A DNA stretch of 64,000 nucleotides from Enoplolaimus lenunculus (Eukaryota), in the NCBI GenBank assembly GCA_030248215.1, contig JASANG010004046.1, positions 1-64,000 on the forward strand. Reading direction: 5' to 3'. Position 1 is the first letter of the stretch; every line of letters starts with the position of its first letter. This document shows, piece by piece, positions 36,858-50,505 of this stretch. The position numbers and the translations under genes were made by a program. The notes under the pieces were generated by a model, which saw nothing but the letters and a program-made list of their open reading frames with translations, searched no databases and was not told where the DNA came from.

Positions 36858-37651
36858 TATACCAGTCGTGGTAGACCTACATGTATTGAGCGAAGCTCGG
36901 ACATACTTTCTTTTTAATCATTCTAGTTAAACATTTCATACTAAGAACAAACGGATAGTTTGGCCAAATTACTTTTAAATTAATCTAACAAGCAATTTTG
37001 TCATTAGCTGCTTATTTATTGATGGGTTTTGAAGGATTATAAACAATTTATTCAAATTTCTCGCACCCGGAAATCTTTTAGTACTGAATTTGATTGCATT
37101 TAACCCTAATAATCAGCGAAATATTTTAAAAAGTCCGAATTTACACTTAAATAGTTAAGCTAATATGCAAATTAGCTATTGGCTGACTATTCAGTTATCG
37201 GTTTTGAAGGTTTATAAACAATTTGTTCAGATTTCTTAAACCCGAAACCCTTTAGTACTGAAATTAGATTGCTTGTAACCCTAATTTTAGTGAAATACAA
37301 TAAAAACCCTAATTTATGCTTAACCAATACGCAAATTAGCCTGTAGACAGCTTAAAATTTAAAACCTCAATGCGAGGTTACCCCACCAACCAGGATGACA
37401 AGCTTTCAAACAAAAAAGTTTATCAAAATCAGTTCAGCGGCTCCTGAGATTCTTTTCGGACGGACAGACAGACTGGCGGACATCCAGCAGGATAACAAGC
37501 TTCAAACAAAAAAGTTGATATTAAAATCAGTTCAACGGTTCGTGTAATTTTTTCGGACGGACGGAAGCACGTCCACCTTTCGAACCTTGAGTACAAAACA
37601 TATAACGCTTCGCGTAACTCCTAGCTTCGCCCGGAGCTTCGCTTAGCTCAA
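36858..37651 (-). mobile_element. Helentron/DINE-like element copy
   Basis: TTGAGCGAAGCTC...GCTTAGCTCAA, same internal tandem units, duplicated GGACGGACAGACA block. Confidence 0.7.
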
Positions 37652-37887
37652 TACAGCCTTGGGGCATGCTTCTTTAATGATTAACGGATACACACTACAT
37701 CAGTACCGCAACCTTACATGACACCAAGTCTGGAAGTTAGCAGGTGTGCGGCTGATCTCCCCACGAAAATTACCCACGAGGTGGGGTGGGGTTGAAAATT
37801 CGTACCCCATGACATTCCTGTATATACGTGTGCTATTACTATTAATGGTATAAAAGATATATAGTTATGGTGGCGATATACTTTTCG

Positions 37888-38090
37888 TGACGTCCGGCGC
37901 CGTTCCATCATCGTACGGCATCGTCCATCATCGTACGGCACGGTCCATCATCATACGGTGCCCTTCGTCAACGTCCGGCGCCGTTCCGTCATCGTACGGC
38001 ATCGTCCATCATCGTACGGCACGGTTCATCATCGTACGGTGCCCTTCGTCAACGTGCGGCGCCGTCCGCCATCGTGCTAGCGCAACCCTA
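37888..38090. repeat. Minisatellite of CATCGTACGGCA/CGTCCAT units ending in TAGCGCAACCCTAA (MITE-like end)
   Basis: ~74-bp higher-order repeat; the same terminal motif occurs at ~6002 and inverted at ~24849. Confidence 0.55.
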
Positions 38091-41000
38091 ACATACATGT
38101 CTTAGGTGTACTTCGGTAGTGCAGTACAGCTCAAGAAAAATTCGAAGAATCAATATGTTTAGAGCAAGGAAAAATATTGAACCAGTTTCGTGGATATGGA
38201 GCTTTCATGAAATCTTGCTCAGTGGCGTATCCATTCTGGTCCATGTAAAGATCAGGGGCGAAACGTTTTTCAGTAAGATTAAAATAGAATAAGCTTAAGC
38301 TGTAGACTGCTTCTTTGCTTTGCTTAGGCTTAGGCTTAGGAATAAGCTTATAATACTGTTTTGCCCTTGTTCCTTACGTTGGCCGTAATTCTTATGGTAA
38401 ACAGAAACATGCATTAAAACTAGATTGGCAATCCAGAAAAGTATCTTTTCCAAAATCCGTCATCCGAACTGGACTCGCCTCTGATCTCCGTTTCCAGTAT
38501 GAAATTCTTGGCTTTTATATTTGTGAATAGACTGTTGCCACTTTCTGTTATGGCTATAACTTTTCAATTGTTAACATTTTCTTATCACCGATGTATTACT
38601 TGCGTATGATATTGCTGGATAATTCTAGTCTACATTTCATGCTTGTAAAATCTTAGTTCACATTGGTTCGGTATAGTCCTTATACATTAGTTTTTGGAAA
38701 GTGGCAGATAAAACACAATTTCTGAACAAGTATTTTAGTATAAAAGGTTCATAATTGTTCGAGTTTAGAGTTCGACAAAATTTGCCAGAGCCGAAGACAT
38801 TGTAAATGGACAGTTTAAACGTGCTGAATTTGCTAATTGTGTCCTGAAGAAGTTAACAAGATGTTATAATCGTTAACCATATATAGACAACAGGGTACAA
38901 CCGGAGGTGCAAAATACGTTGAAATTATATATGTTTAATTTGCGAGTTTTACAAATATCAGCAATTTGTTGTTAAATCTCTTGGTTTTACGCTTATTTTC
39001 TACGAAATGTCAGAAATTTCTTCCTTAAAATTCACCAAAAGTTTTAATACGAAACGCACCAAACGAACAAATTTTATTAAGCAATGCAAAATTTCACTAC
39101 CAAAATTGTCGGAATCTTCGACAGAAATTTTGTCGGAGCCGGATTTCGCTTTTCTGCTGCAGCTGAAACCGGAGGCATACCTCCGGCTGTACCGTGATAG
39201 ACAGACATCCGGTAACATCCGCCTATGAAAGTCTAACTTACTTAGTGAGTTTATCTTATAGGCTGAGAAATTAGTTGCGAACCTGTCGACACAAATTTTC
39301 TGTTTTCATATAGACAGCGGTTTGTTTCAAATGCACTAGACTTGCTGTCGTTAGTGTCAGGCAGAGGTCTTACTAAATTCAAACAGAAATATCACAGTCT
39401 TCAATCCGAATAGCCCTTGTGGCTCTTGGTAAACAGATTCGCGTCATTAAAATTTTTTTGTTATCGCGATCCAGCAATTTTATTGACATGATTATTTTAA
39501 TGATAATCCTCAAAAGTGCTGACAAAGATGTGTTCTCAAACTTTTTGGAAAAATATTGGCAATAAAATTTTCTAAAATTGCTTTAAAGTTACGAACGCAC
39601 TCATTGACACGCGCAACTCGGAAAAATGTCGAAAGTTTCATAACCGAAACAACAGGAGCTTCCGGAAAAAAATTATCGGAGCCGGGAGTCGTTTTTTTAC
39701 CGAGATGAGGCAACCCTTACGTTGTATTCTGTTGTATGAAATTTAAGAAAACAGAAAAGGGCCCTGAACTATTAATATCTTGAGCTTTGAATACTTTATT
39801 CATCCCGAATATGTATATACTAAATATAAACGTGCCGAACAACGAAAATGGAAATGTGATCAAAAACGGAAACAGACGAAGCATAAAACAAAACTTGCCT
39901 GAGGACCAGCCGTAGGTGACGCGAAATTTAGATGGGTTATAAACAATGTTTAATTTGCTAATTTTAGCAAATAACTTTAAAGCGTTGTGAAAAATCTCGA
40001 ATATTTGTACTCAAAATTATACCATTCGCCGAACGCACCGTACCATACCTACATTTTTTGTAAAACTATAAAAGCACTGCCGGTTCGGTCGATTTTCTGC
40101 TGGAGCCGGAGGCAGACCTTCGGATGTAACCCTGCAATTGAAGCATGCAAATATTAACTTTATGTTCTATAATTTAGTTAAAAAATATAAGGTATTCTAT
40201 AGAACAAGGTTTCATGCATTCTTCCATTTCTGGTGTGAAACCCTCAAACGACTTAATGCCACATTCTTTGAGTTTGTCATCAAAACACTCGTCGGCTGAA
40301 AACATACAAATAAAAAACTAAAAATGTAGCTGTATGTAGTGCCCATATTCTCAAATATATGCAGCACCAATTTCCATTTGATGATTGGTCCCATAAATTT
40401 CAAACCAGTGAATCGCGAACTGCAAAAAATTGGCAAATTTTATAGCATTTTGCTGCTCCTACTGATGCGCCAAGTTTGAAGTTGTTAGCGGCCAGAGTCA
40501 GCTTGCAGGAGACACATTTGAGAATACGCGCCTATGGCGGCATTATTTTAAGTTTTTGGCGTTTCAATTGCACGTAGAAATTTGCACGTGTACTAAGCCA
40601 TGTATATTTTTACGCTGACAAAACAATAGATTTTTGCGGAACAACTGTAAAACAAAGTTTATATAACCCTTTCTCACATGAATATTTTCTATTTTTCCTG
40701 AGACCTACTTTTATGCTAGGATTCGAACTCGACTGGAGTGGGAGGCGTATACCATCACCAGTTGCGATTATCAAACACGGTGCGATTATAGATGGGCACC
40801 GGATATCCGGATATGAAAAATATCCGGATATGTATCCGAAATGAAACGTGTATCCGGATATCCGAAATGCTTTTGTCTAAAATTTTTTTTGGAATAATTT
40901 GCATGGTTTGACCACCAAAGTAGCCGGAGCCAGGGTTGTTGGCCGGTAAAAAATTACCGGAAAAAATGGTTTTTTCCATTTTTTCCCATTTTTTTCTGAG

Positions 41001-42374
41001 GGGGGAATGGAAAAAATGGAAAATATTAAACGATTCTTAAATATAGTTTGTAAAGTAAATATGGTATAAAATAACGTTTTTAGGTGACATCCAACTAATT
41101 TTCCTGCAACATATTAACAGTGACCGTGTCCATATGTCCACCAGGACACATTTTGGGCCCTGTGTGGCCACTGAATAATTACGCTGGTCAGGCCTACTGC
41201 GCGAAACGTCTTAGCTAGGGGGTTGGGGGTGACATGTTGTGGTTATTCTTGCCTTGGTGATTGTCTGAGACTCCCAAAACCGCACAAATTATGCAAATCA
41301 ATCAATTATGGTGGCTCGGGCAGCCTGCCTCCATAATCATTATATACTTTGAGCTAGTTATGTTTGCGGCGAATTTTTTTACGGTTTTTGATTATTAAGT
41401 TGCATTTGGCGGATTAAATCTTATTGAGTGATTGAATGGTATAGCGGTGTTGAAGACTTAGGCAAATCAGTTTAGAGTTTATAAAAGTTACGGTAGCTCT
41501 GATGTGAGCCTACGGTGCACCGGCGTAAAGACATCTGGTAAAAGTTGCGCATAGTGCGGAGCCTAAGGTCAGTACTGGGGATTTACGGGATTCTTGGGGG
41601 ATGTGTTAACGGCAGGGTGCAACCGGAATTACAATTTACCGGAACCGGAATTTGAAAATTTTGCCGGAACCGGAACCGGAAAAGGAAAAATGCATTTCAC
41701 CAAAAATTTCATTTTAATCGTATTTCTTGCTCTATTATTTGTGAAACAACCTTAGTCGAACATAGGTATATATTTTATTTGTTGTATTTTAGATTTTCGT
41801 CGTCGACTGAAGTGAAATCCACCACCAACGGCTTATATTCTGAGTACAAGTGGCTTTCAAAAGAGATTCTTAAAAATTAGCAAAGTTAAGAAAACGGCCA
41901 AATTATAACACCGGAATTTTTAAATCCGGTAAAAATTTACAGGAACCGGAAGGTGAAAAAATGCCGGAACCGGAATTCCGGAAATTTCATTTCGGATATC
42001 CGGATATCCCGATATATCCGGATAAATATCCATCAAGAATTGCCGGATATCCGGATATAAAAATATCCGATGCCCATCACTAATTTCAACATATATTATC
42101 ATTCATTTACGCGATAACGGACGATATCGTATTTTTGAATCATTTGAGTTCGAGATTCTCACAAAAAGTTTGCGAGTGCGCGAGATCCAGGTGTTTTGCA
42201 GTTCGCACCATGGAGTTCTAAAAACCTAACAACAATAGCTCTAAAAGGTGTAAAGCCATTGTTGCAGGTTCCTAAAAACAGTCGGCGCAGGGTGTATGAA
42301 ATCCGGTAGAATTTTGGCCCATGTTATGCTGACGGTCGTCCCGATGTCCCGGACAACGGCAAGGAGGAGTGCAG

Positions 42375-42557
42375 CGGACAGTGGGACAGCCGGGATAACG
42401 GGACTACTGGAACAGTGGGAAAGCCAGGATAGATAACGGACAGCTGGGATAACGGGACAGCTGGGATAACGGGACAGCTGGGAAAACGGGACAGCCGGAA
42501 CAGTGAGGACAGCTGGGACAGTTGGGACAGCCGGGACAGTTGAGACAGCCGTGACAG
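42375..42557. repeat. 9-bp-period GGGACAGCT/GGGATAAC minisatellite
   Basis: Direct read; inverted relatives at ~45870-45965 and ~47650-47778. Confidence 0.8.
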
Positions 42558-43250
42558 TTAACCCTTTCTCACATGAAGTGCAGGATCTCTTGTCTATATT
42601 TTGTTATTTTTATAACTACTTAGGTTGATGATAGTAAAAATAAAAACTGATGTTGACAAAGGCATGCGAAAACATTTTTCTACAAATTTTAGTAACAGGG
42701 ACAAACAGGTATCTAAATGCATTTTTGAACAAACTGTTTTTATACTTTATACTTACAGGAACATCAAGGTTTCGCGTTCCCATGTTGGTTTTTAAGTTGA
42801 CAATAATTTCGTTTGGTTTAGAATGTCATCCACATTGAACTGATTTGTAAAATCAAGTCTTTCTAATTGTAAAAAATAGTGTGGTAATATACACACCAGG
42901 GTTCAATGAAAATTTCTATGCTGGCGGGAATTCGTGCAAAAATTGAATTCCTGTTTCTGTACCGGCGGGGAAAGACACAGGGACTGGATTTTTTACGGTT
43001 TTATGGCAAATTCTGAAGAATAACCTTAACTGATAATTTCAGAGAACTATCTCATTAGCTTTGTAGGCTCTCACGTCTAGTGGCGATTTTGCACTGCACA
43101 TATATGTTATAAATGCTAAACACTGCTCACAGTGTGTGTGTTGCTCGTACATCATTGTATTAGTTGCTCATAGTATACTCTATGAGTGAAAGGTTTAGTA
43201 ACTCTATGAGTGAAAGGTTTAGTATACTCTATGAGTGAAAGGTTTAAGAC

Positions 43251-44470
43251 TAGTGATGGGCATCGGATATTTTTTCAAATCCGGATATCCGGCAATTATT
43301 CCCGGATCCCGATATCCGTAATGAAATTTTCTATTTCGGATATCCGAAACTCGATTTTGTGTTTTTTGAGTCCTCAATTTTCGTTTCTTAAGCACTTGTT
43401 TTAACTTTTTGCTCTAAAGGAAGTACCCTGACCCTCAAGCAAATTGATATGAGCATAAAAGATACAATTCTAAAAATCGGTATTTATATTATGCCAGTAC
43501 TGTAGTGACCCGAATAAGAGGGGGTACCCATTTTGAGTCTCAATCAATAGGAGTCCGTATCCCTAATAAGAGTCCGTAAGCGCATAGAGTCCCTAAACTC
43601 TAATTAGAGTCCATCAATGTCAATTCTTCCTAATTGTAGCGCATAAATGACTCCAGGACCAAATAAAGGTGAGTTCAAAACTTTAAAGCGTACTTAAGTT
43701 TTCAAAGTACGTTCCTAATAATAACCTTGCATTATGGCAAAAGCTTTTGATACAAGGCAAAAACATTCAATTCAAGGGTTAGGTACAATACCGGATATAT
43801 GTGTAACGAGGTGTGGCGAAGGACGCGATAAAAATAATAACAGTCCGTAACCGAATAACAGGGGGTACCCTCTCGAGAGGTGAAATAAATATCAGTCCCC
43901 CTCTTATTCGGGTTACTCACTAGTCACTACAGTACCTCAATAGTTCTGGGTATTCAGTTTAGATAATTGCTACAGACTACTAAGTAAATAGTTGCGTTGA
44001 CAAGTTAAAATTGAGTTGATTTAGCTTGTCCTTTGCCTTATTTAAACCACTGCAATAGAGATTCCATCGAATATAACCCTTCCCTCGAACTATATATACT
44101 TGAATCGTTTTAGTTCCAAGAACAAAGAATCAGATTGAAATACACTTACGCTAAGTCGTACAAACATCAGCCCATGTTACTTATACTGGTGTCGCGCTTT
44201 CAGCAGCGGATCCAGAAATTTTTAAATGGGCGGGATGACAAATACTTTAAAACGCAATTTTTCTCCAAAAAATTTTCTTAGCGGGAAAATTATAAGGTAG
44301 GACCACCCTATTTTATAACGCAAGTATTATGATGGGAGGACAAACTGTAAGGTAATGAGTGACCATATCATTTTATCACAAAAAATTTATGTGGGGAGTG
44401 CGGACAAATTGTAAGGTAGGGGTCCTTAGACATTTGTCTTATCCGGACCGGATATCCGGTGTACATCTGT
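43251..44470. mobile_element. hAT-type element (TAGTGATGGGCATCGGATAT end, CGGATA arrays) with nested insertion
   Basis: The same end occurs inverted at 42063-42082; the body is homologous to 33440-34080; interrupted at 43500-43932. Right boundary approximate. Confidence 0.6.
43500..43932. mobile_element. TA-TSD (Tc1/mariner-type) MITE, CTGTAGTGACCCGAATAAGAG family
   Basis: TA|CTGTAGTGACCCGAATAAGAGGGGG...CCCCCTCTTATTCGGG..GTCACTACAG|TA. Partial copies at 20432-~20630, ~44770-45020 and ~46130-46506. Confidence 0.8.
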
Positions 44471-45240
44471 AGTCTAATCATACTGTTCTCAGTAAACCTG
44501 CTATCATCATTCTCGGATACACGAAGTGTTAACTCAGAAAAACTTTGTGTTTAAATAAAACCGCTAAAACGTCCAGAGGTAAATTAGCGTTGCATTGAAT
44601 TTTACGGATAAACCTAGACCTGTGTGAAACCCAGCCGTATATCGAATTCTAAAGAAACTCAGGCCCATGTTACTTTTAGGGCCGTAGATGTTTCTATTAT
44701 GACAATTTTTGCTTAGGTTTAGGGATACGTTTAATCTTCTGTTACATCCCTAAAAGTAAGATTGGTCCCTAATTATAGCGCATTAATGACTCCAGGGCTA
44801 AATAATTTGAGTTCGAAACTTTAAAACATACTTAAGTTTTGAACGTACATTCCTAAGTATAACCTTGCATTATCGTTCAAGCTATTGACACAAAACAAAT
44901 AAACCTTTAATTCAACGGATAGTTGCAGTACCGGATATATTACAACGAAGGGTGACGGAGCGTCAGCTAAAAATAAATAACAGTCCGTAACCGAATAAAA
45001 GGGGGGTACCCTCTAGAGAGGTTTTAGAGCATTATATATAGCAACTGCTTTTTAAACGCTCAAAATATTGGCTTTCTACACTCCTCGATTCTGAGATGTA
45101 TGACCCGAACCTATTTGGGAGCGGAGAGCCAGCGAAATTTGGAATATACTTTCTTTGGAAAACGGAAAAATAGAGGAGCTTTATATTTTCGCAGGAAATA
45201 CGGAAAAAAGGACAATATTTTTGTTGAGATTCATTTTAAC

Positions 45241-45634
45241 TAGGGATGTGCCGATTAATTGGCATCGGAATCGGTAATAATCGGCACTGTTCGTGAGTCT
45301 CGGCATCGGCACTGCAAAAAATTGCCGATACTTTTTGCACATAACAGTCGGTTGGAATGCTATCAATTTCATTTCTGGGCGCACAAGTGTTTCTGCTGAG
45401 AATTGTTATCTCTCTTGCGTTGTTTGAAAAAATTAATTGAAATTAACCGTTCTTATAAAATTATAATCGTTTATGATGGTTAGGGTTTAAGCCTTCATAT
45501 AATAACGTAATCTAGTATTTTATCTGCTTATTAAGCATTGTGTACTAAAGTTGGAATCGGCATCGGCGTCGGTTCGGCAAAATTTTAAAATAAGAATCGG
45601 CATCGGCAAAAATTTTAATATCGGTGCATCCATA
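45241..45634. mobile_element. hAT-type MITE, CGGCAT-array family
   Basis: TAGGGATGTGCCGAT...ATCGGTGCATCCATA; perfect TSD ATTTTAAC; related end at 16924. Confidence 0.82.
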
Positions 45635-46844
45635 ATTTTAACAGGAGTGTTGCCACCCCCTGTATCTCTCACACTTGAAAGGACCCTAAGCGGGATGGGG
45701 GGCTGCCGCCCTCCAAGCCCCCCTGCTTTAAGCGATCGTGCTTACCAAACCAAAAGTAACAAGAAATTTTAAGAATCGTCACGTATGCACATACAGGAGT
45801 AGCAAATGCTACTCTCCGGCACTATTGCTGTCTGGCGGAAAAACAGGGCGCCCGTGAAAGTAAGTACATGGGCCGTCCCGGCTGTTCCACTGTCCCAGAT
45901 GTCATCGCTGTGCCAGCTGCCCACGCTTTCCCAGCTGTCAAAGCTGTCCCCGCGTTTTCGGGACAGCGGAACGGCCCTCAGCGTAAACACGGGCCGCATT
46001 TTTTTCCGCCAGCAAGGGATTTTTCGTGAAATACTCAAAAATTAAAAGTTCAGCTTAACGCAAGGCACCAAAATATATAAAAGGTCAAAATCTTTGATTT
46101 ATCACAACCGTATTCCTGTTGCCATCCTGGTTCGCGAGTTTACTTGTTATTCGGTTACGGACTGTTATTTATTTTTAACCCACGCTCCGCCGCCCTTCGT
46201 TACTGATATATATCCGGGTCTGCAACTATCCGTTGAATTAAACGTATATTTGTCTCGTTTCAATAGTTTGAGCGATATATAATAAAAGGTTTACTTAGGA
46301 ATGTACTTTCAAAATTTAAGTAGGCTTTAAAGTTTCGAACTCGAATTATTTGGTCCTGAAGTCATTTATGTGCTACAATTCGGGTTAATTGACATTTATG
46401 GACTCTAATTAGGGACTCTATCCGCTTACGGACTCTTATTACGGATACGGACTCCTATTGCTTCGGACCCAAAATGGGGACCTCCCTCTTATTCGGGTGA
46501 ATACAGTAGGTAATATATAGACAGTAGGGTTCAACTTAAATTTCTATTCTGGCGGAAATTCCTGCAAAAATTGAATTCCTGTTTTTGTACCGTTGTGGAA
46601 AAACACTGGGACTGGATTTTTTAAATTTATGGCAAATTCTGAAGAATAACCTTAACTGATAATTTCAGAACTATCTCGTTAGCTTTGTAGGCTCTCACGT
46701 CTTGAGGCGATTTTGCACTGCGCATTAATTAGCTTTTACCCTTTCTCACATGAATATTTTCAATTTCATATGAGATGTAATTTCAAGGTAAGATTCGATT
46801 CCCAGTCTGGCCCATGTTACTATAAAGGCCGTGATGCTGATTTC

Positions 46845-47516
46845 GATCGCACAGTCCAGTTTCGTGTTTATTGGTCTGAAGACAATCCACATGTCACGAT
46901 TAACAAAGAGGTCAACGCCCCTGAAGTCTGTGTCTGGGCCCAAATTTGTTCACAAGGCATCGTTGGTCCATTCTTTTTTGACGGAAATATCAATAAAACC
47001 AGCTATTTGGAACTTTTATCTGTGAATGTCTACCCGCAAATCGCAACCGAGTACCTTGTTTTCATGCATGACGGAGCCCCAACTCACTACGCTATCGAAG
47101 TCCGCGCTTGGCTTGACGAAAGGTTCCCGAATCGATGGATCGGCCGCAGAGGTGCCATCGAGTGGCCATCTAGGTCACTAGACTTAACTCCGCCTGACTT
47201 CTTTCTTTGGGGTGTTGTGAAAGATATTTATGGAAGTACGGCGAAGGACCCTCAAGAATTGGACAGAATAAAATCAGCGTTTTCTAAAATTCCAGTGGAC
47301 CTATGCGCCAAAGTTTGCCGATCTGTACCATCCCGACTGGAGACATACGCTCAGCTTGGCGGTGCACAGACTGAGCTGTTCTAAGATCTACCGTCGTAAT
47401 GTAAGTAAACTTTATATACTTGTCTCTATAATTATACAAAAAACAGGCGAGCTACCTCTGCCCAGTCAACCAATAGTTAGCATCAAACAGTGGGAAGTTA
47501 CTTCTGAAACACCCGG
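46845..47516 (+). pseudogene. 5'-truncated Tc1/mariner transposase of DD41D (rosa/Visitor) type with right end
   Basis: VYWSEDNPH...VCVWA..GIVGPFFF..FMHDGAPTH..WIGR..WPSRSLDLTPPDFFLWG, with 41 residues counted between the second and third catalytic Asp. The N-terminus and first Asp are absent. The element ends GAAACACCCGG|TA. Confidence 0.88.
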
Positions 47517-47781
47517 TATAATATATATATATATACATTAAATATATGTTATATACATAACATATGCATATATATGTATATACATATAAATATATACATT
47601 ATATATAACATATAATGTATATATAATATATACATATGTACATATTTATCAACTGTTCAATTCGTCCCAACTGTCCCATCTCTCCAAACTGTCCCTTCTG
47701 TCCTAAGTGTCTCATCTGTCCCAAGTGTCCCATAAGTCCAAACTTTTCCATTTGTCCCGACTGTCCCATCTGCCCCGTTAA

Positions 47782-48040
47782 CCCTTTCGCACATATTTTC
47801 AATTTCATATGAGATGTAATTTCAAGGTAAGATTCGATCCCCAGTCTCATGGTTGGGAGGCGTTTACGATGACCACTGAGCTATAGGAGCTTGACGTCTT
47901 GCCCGAGTAGGCTCCCACGTCTTGTGGAGATTTTGCACTGCGCATATATGTTATATATGTTAAACACCGCTCATAGTGTGTGTATTGCTCGTACATTATT
48001 GTGTTTAGTTGCTCATAATATACTCTGAGTGAAAAGGTTA
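47782..48040 (-). mobile_element. piggyBac-type tRNA-cassette MITE, second subfamily
   Basis: TTAACCCTTTCGCACAT start; reverse strand reads GCTCCTATAGCTCAGTGGT..CGCCTCCCAA..GGATCGAATC; ends GTGAAAAGG TTAT. Partial relatives at 40667-40760, 42561, 43060-43246, 46739 and 48070-48200. Confidence 0.7.
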
Positions 48041-50505
48041 TAGATACTAAGTAAGAATTTTTTCATTAACCCTTTCTCACATGAATACTTTCAATTTCAT
48101 ATTAATAAATGTAATTTCAAGGTAAGATTCGATCCCCAGTCTCATGGGTGGAAGGCGTTTACGATTACCTCTGAGCTATAGGAGCTTGACGGTCGAGCCC
48201 GATTAATAAAACACGCCTGATTTTACGTATAAGTTTATGTGTATAAGCGCTTCGCAGTATATTGAAACTAACTATAAAATTTTTCAAAATCCTCATTGAT
48301 CGATGAGAAACTCTAAACGATTTAACCCGATTACATTATTCCATTCATTATTTTCAAACTTACTTCAATAAAAGATTTCAGTATTTCTTCTAAGACAACG
48401 TAGGAGGGCGCCGGATATTCGGATATGAAAAATATCCGCATATGTATCTGAAAAAACGTGTAATCGAATATCCGAAATTCGATTGTGTAAATAATTTTTA
48501 GAATAATTTGCATTGTTTTACCATTAATGTAACTGGCTGTCAGGGTATAACCGGAGGTCAACCTCCGGCTCCAGCTCCGGCAGAAAATCGGCCTAATGTT
48601 ACGGCAGAACTTTTGCCGGAGGGTCCGGCAATTTCGGAAGTAAAATTTTGCAAAATTTATCTATTTGAAAGCATTTCCTTTTACTTTCGTCCCAATTTTC
48701 AGGAAAGAATTTCCGAAAATTCGCAGAACATTAGCGTAAAGCCAAAATGGTGAAATGTTTATTTCACAAACCCATACAGCTACATACTATATAGTAATGC
48801 ATATTATGATCAGTATGCAACACAACATTCCGCGGCACAATAACTGACAACGCGCAAGACCATATAAAAATGTATTATTGAACCTCAGTGATGATTAAAT
48901 GCCAGTCCATCACCAAACACAAGCGCAGATATTAAAGCTAAACAGGAATGAGAACAATAAACCACAAACCTAAATGTAATAAACAAACATATTTCAGCGC
49001 AGAACACCGTAAACGAAAACACCTATCAACCGAAATAAGTCCAATCACAGAATAGTTTTCTTAAAACTAAATATCCGTTAACAGCTTTTATTGTCGCTAT
49101 TACATCAGACCAGCCAAAAATATGCATATATAATCAGACGTTTACAAATAAGTATGTTTCAAATATATTAACAAAAAGATATAGCGGCTACTTCAAATTA
49201 AACAGCAGATTTAAGTCTACGAAATGTTTGTGAAAAACAAAAACAATATATATAGGTCATTAAGGTCACCAACACGTATCGATACATATAAATTACGGAT
49301 ACAATGCTAAGCTTCATCCTTAAAAATCGAGAACAGTTTTTCCTGAATTTTCATTAAATGACCTATAAATTTATTATGTATTTGTAAACATCAACATGTT
49401 TCAGATTCATGGTTCACTCAAAGGCTACAGCGATCTGAAACAGACAGCTTTCCGCTAATATCTCATAGCCCTGAGAGCAGACGAAACAAAAAACTGAAAA
49501 TGATTTAAAACTAAGTCGAATTGCTCAAAATGACTCCTTGTCTCCTAACTGTGACGTAGATCTGACTTTTAAATAAGTTCAGATTGTAGAGACTGCGGTG
49601 TTTGAGTTGCCTGAGCGCACTGTCTGTCAGCATTGAAATATCTAAGTGTTATGAAAAAAATCGCAGATTGCAGTATTGCAATGGAACAAATTCAATCGCG
49701 ACGGAGGTTAATATTTAACATCTCATAAGCTCCACGATTACAAAGAATTATGTAATAGACAAAAACAAGTAGATATACATTACTTAAGTTCCTGCCTAGT
49801 CTTCGGTTATTTTAGAACACCTGTTAAATCACTGTATTACAAGTTTAGAATATATAGATGTAAAATGTGTATTAAAAATTCGGTAATGAAACAACATTGC
49901 GAAGACACGAAAGGACTATTTTCACTTTCATATTAATTCATTTTGTTGTTTGTTTCGGCAGGACCAATACAGCAAGACAATTACATGCACATTATACACT
50001 TAGTGCAACAACAGGTTCATAAGACATCATAATAGTATAAAAAGACCGACTGAAGATATTTACGTAAGAAAACACAAGACAATATGAACACACTACGGAA
50101 ATACAGGTAATGAACAAGTAAGTTGGAAAAATGCTTAAGTGCAGTTACAAACATGTGATAAGTTACGGCAAGCAAGCCGTACTCGACTGCTATCATGAAG
50201 TAACTATACACATCGATTAGTGCGAAAAAGATGAATTGTAAAAAAAGCATTGCTATGCTGTAACTTTTGTACAAGTAGTATTAATCATGTGCATATAATA
50301 ATTTCTATCGGCACCTTGATCGCTAGTCATTTAAACCATATAAATGATTACAAAAGGTACACGCACATATATACGTCTTGCAATAGAAAACAACGTAGTT
50401 ATCGCATAAATAAGCAATATAGATCATTCACCATTAATTAGTTACATACACAAAACACTGTCTTGTTTTAAAACTCAATTAAATGCCGTTTTGGCCACAC
50501 CACCT

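Noticed and set aside
37888..38090. CRISPR-like repeat array
   Set aside because: Eukaryotic context, no unique spacers and no cas genes; it is a minisatellite.
47599..47850. Collagen-like Gly-X-Y ORF (GQMGQSGQM...)
   Set aside because: It arises from a 9-bp minisatellite and starts inside a MITE; there is no Pro and no signal peptide.
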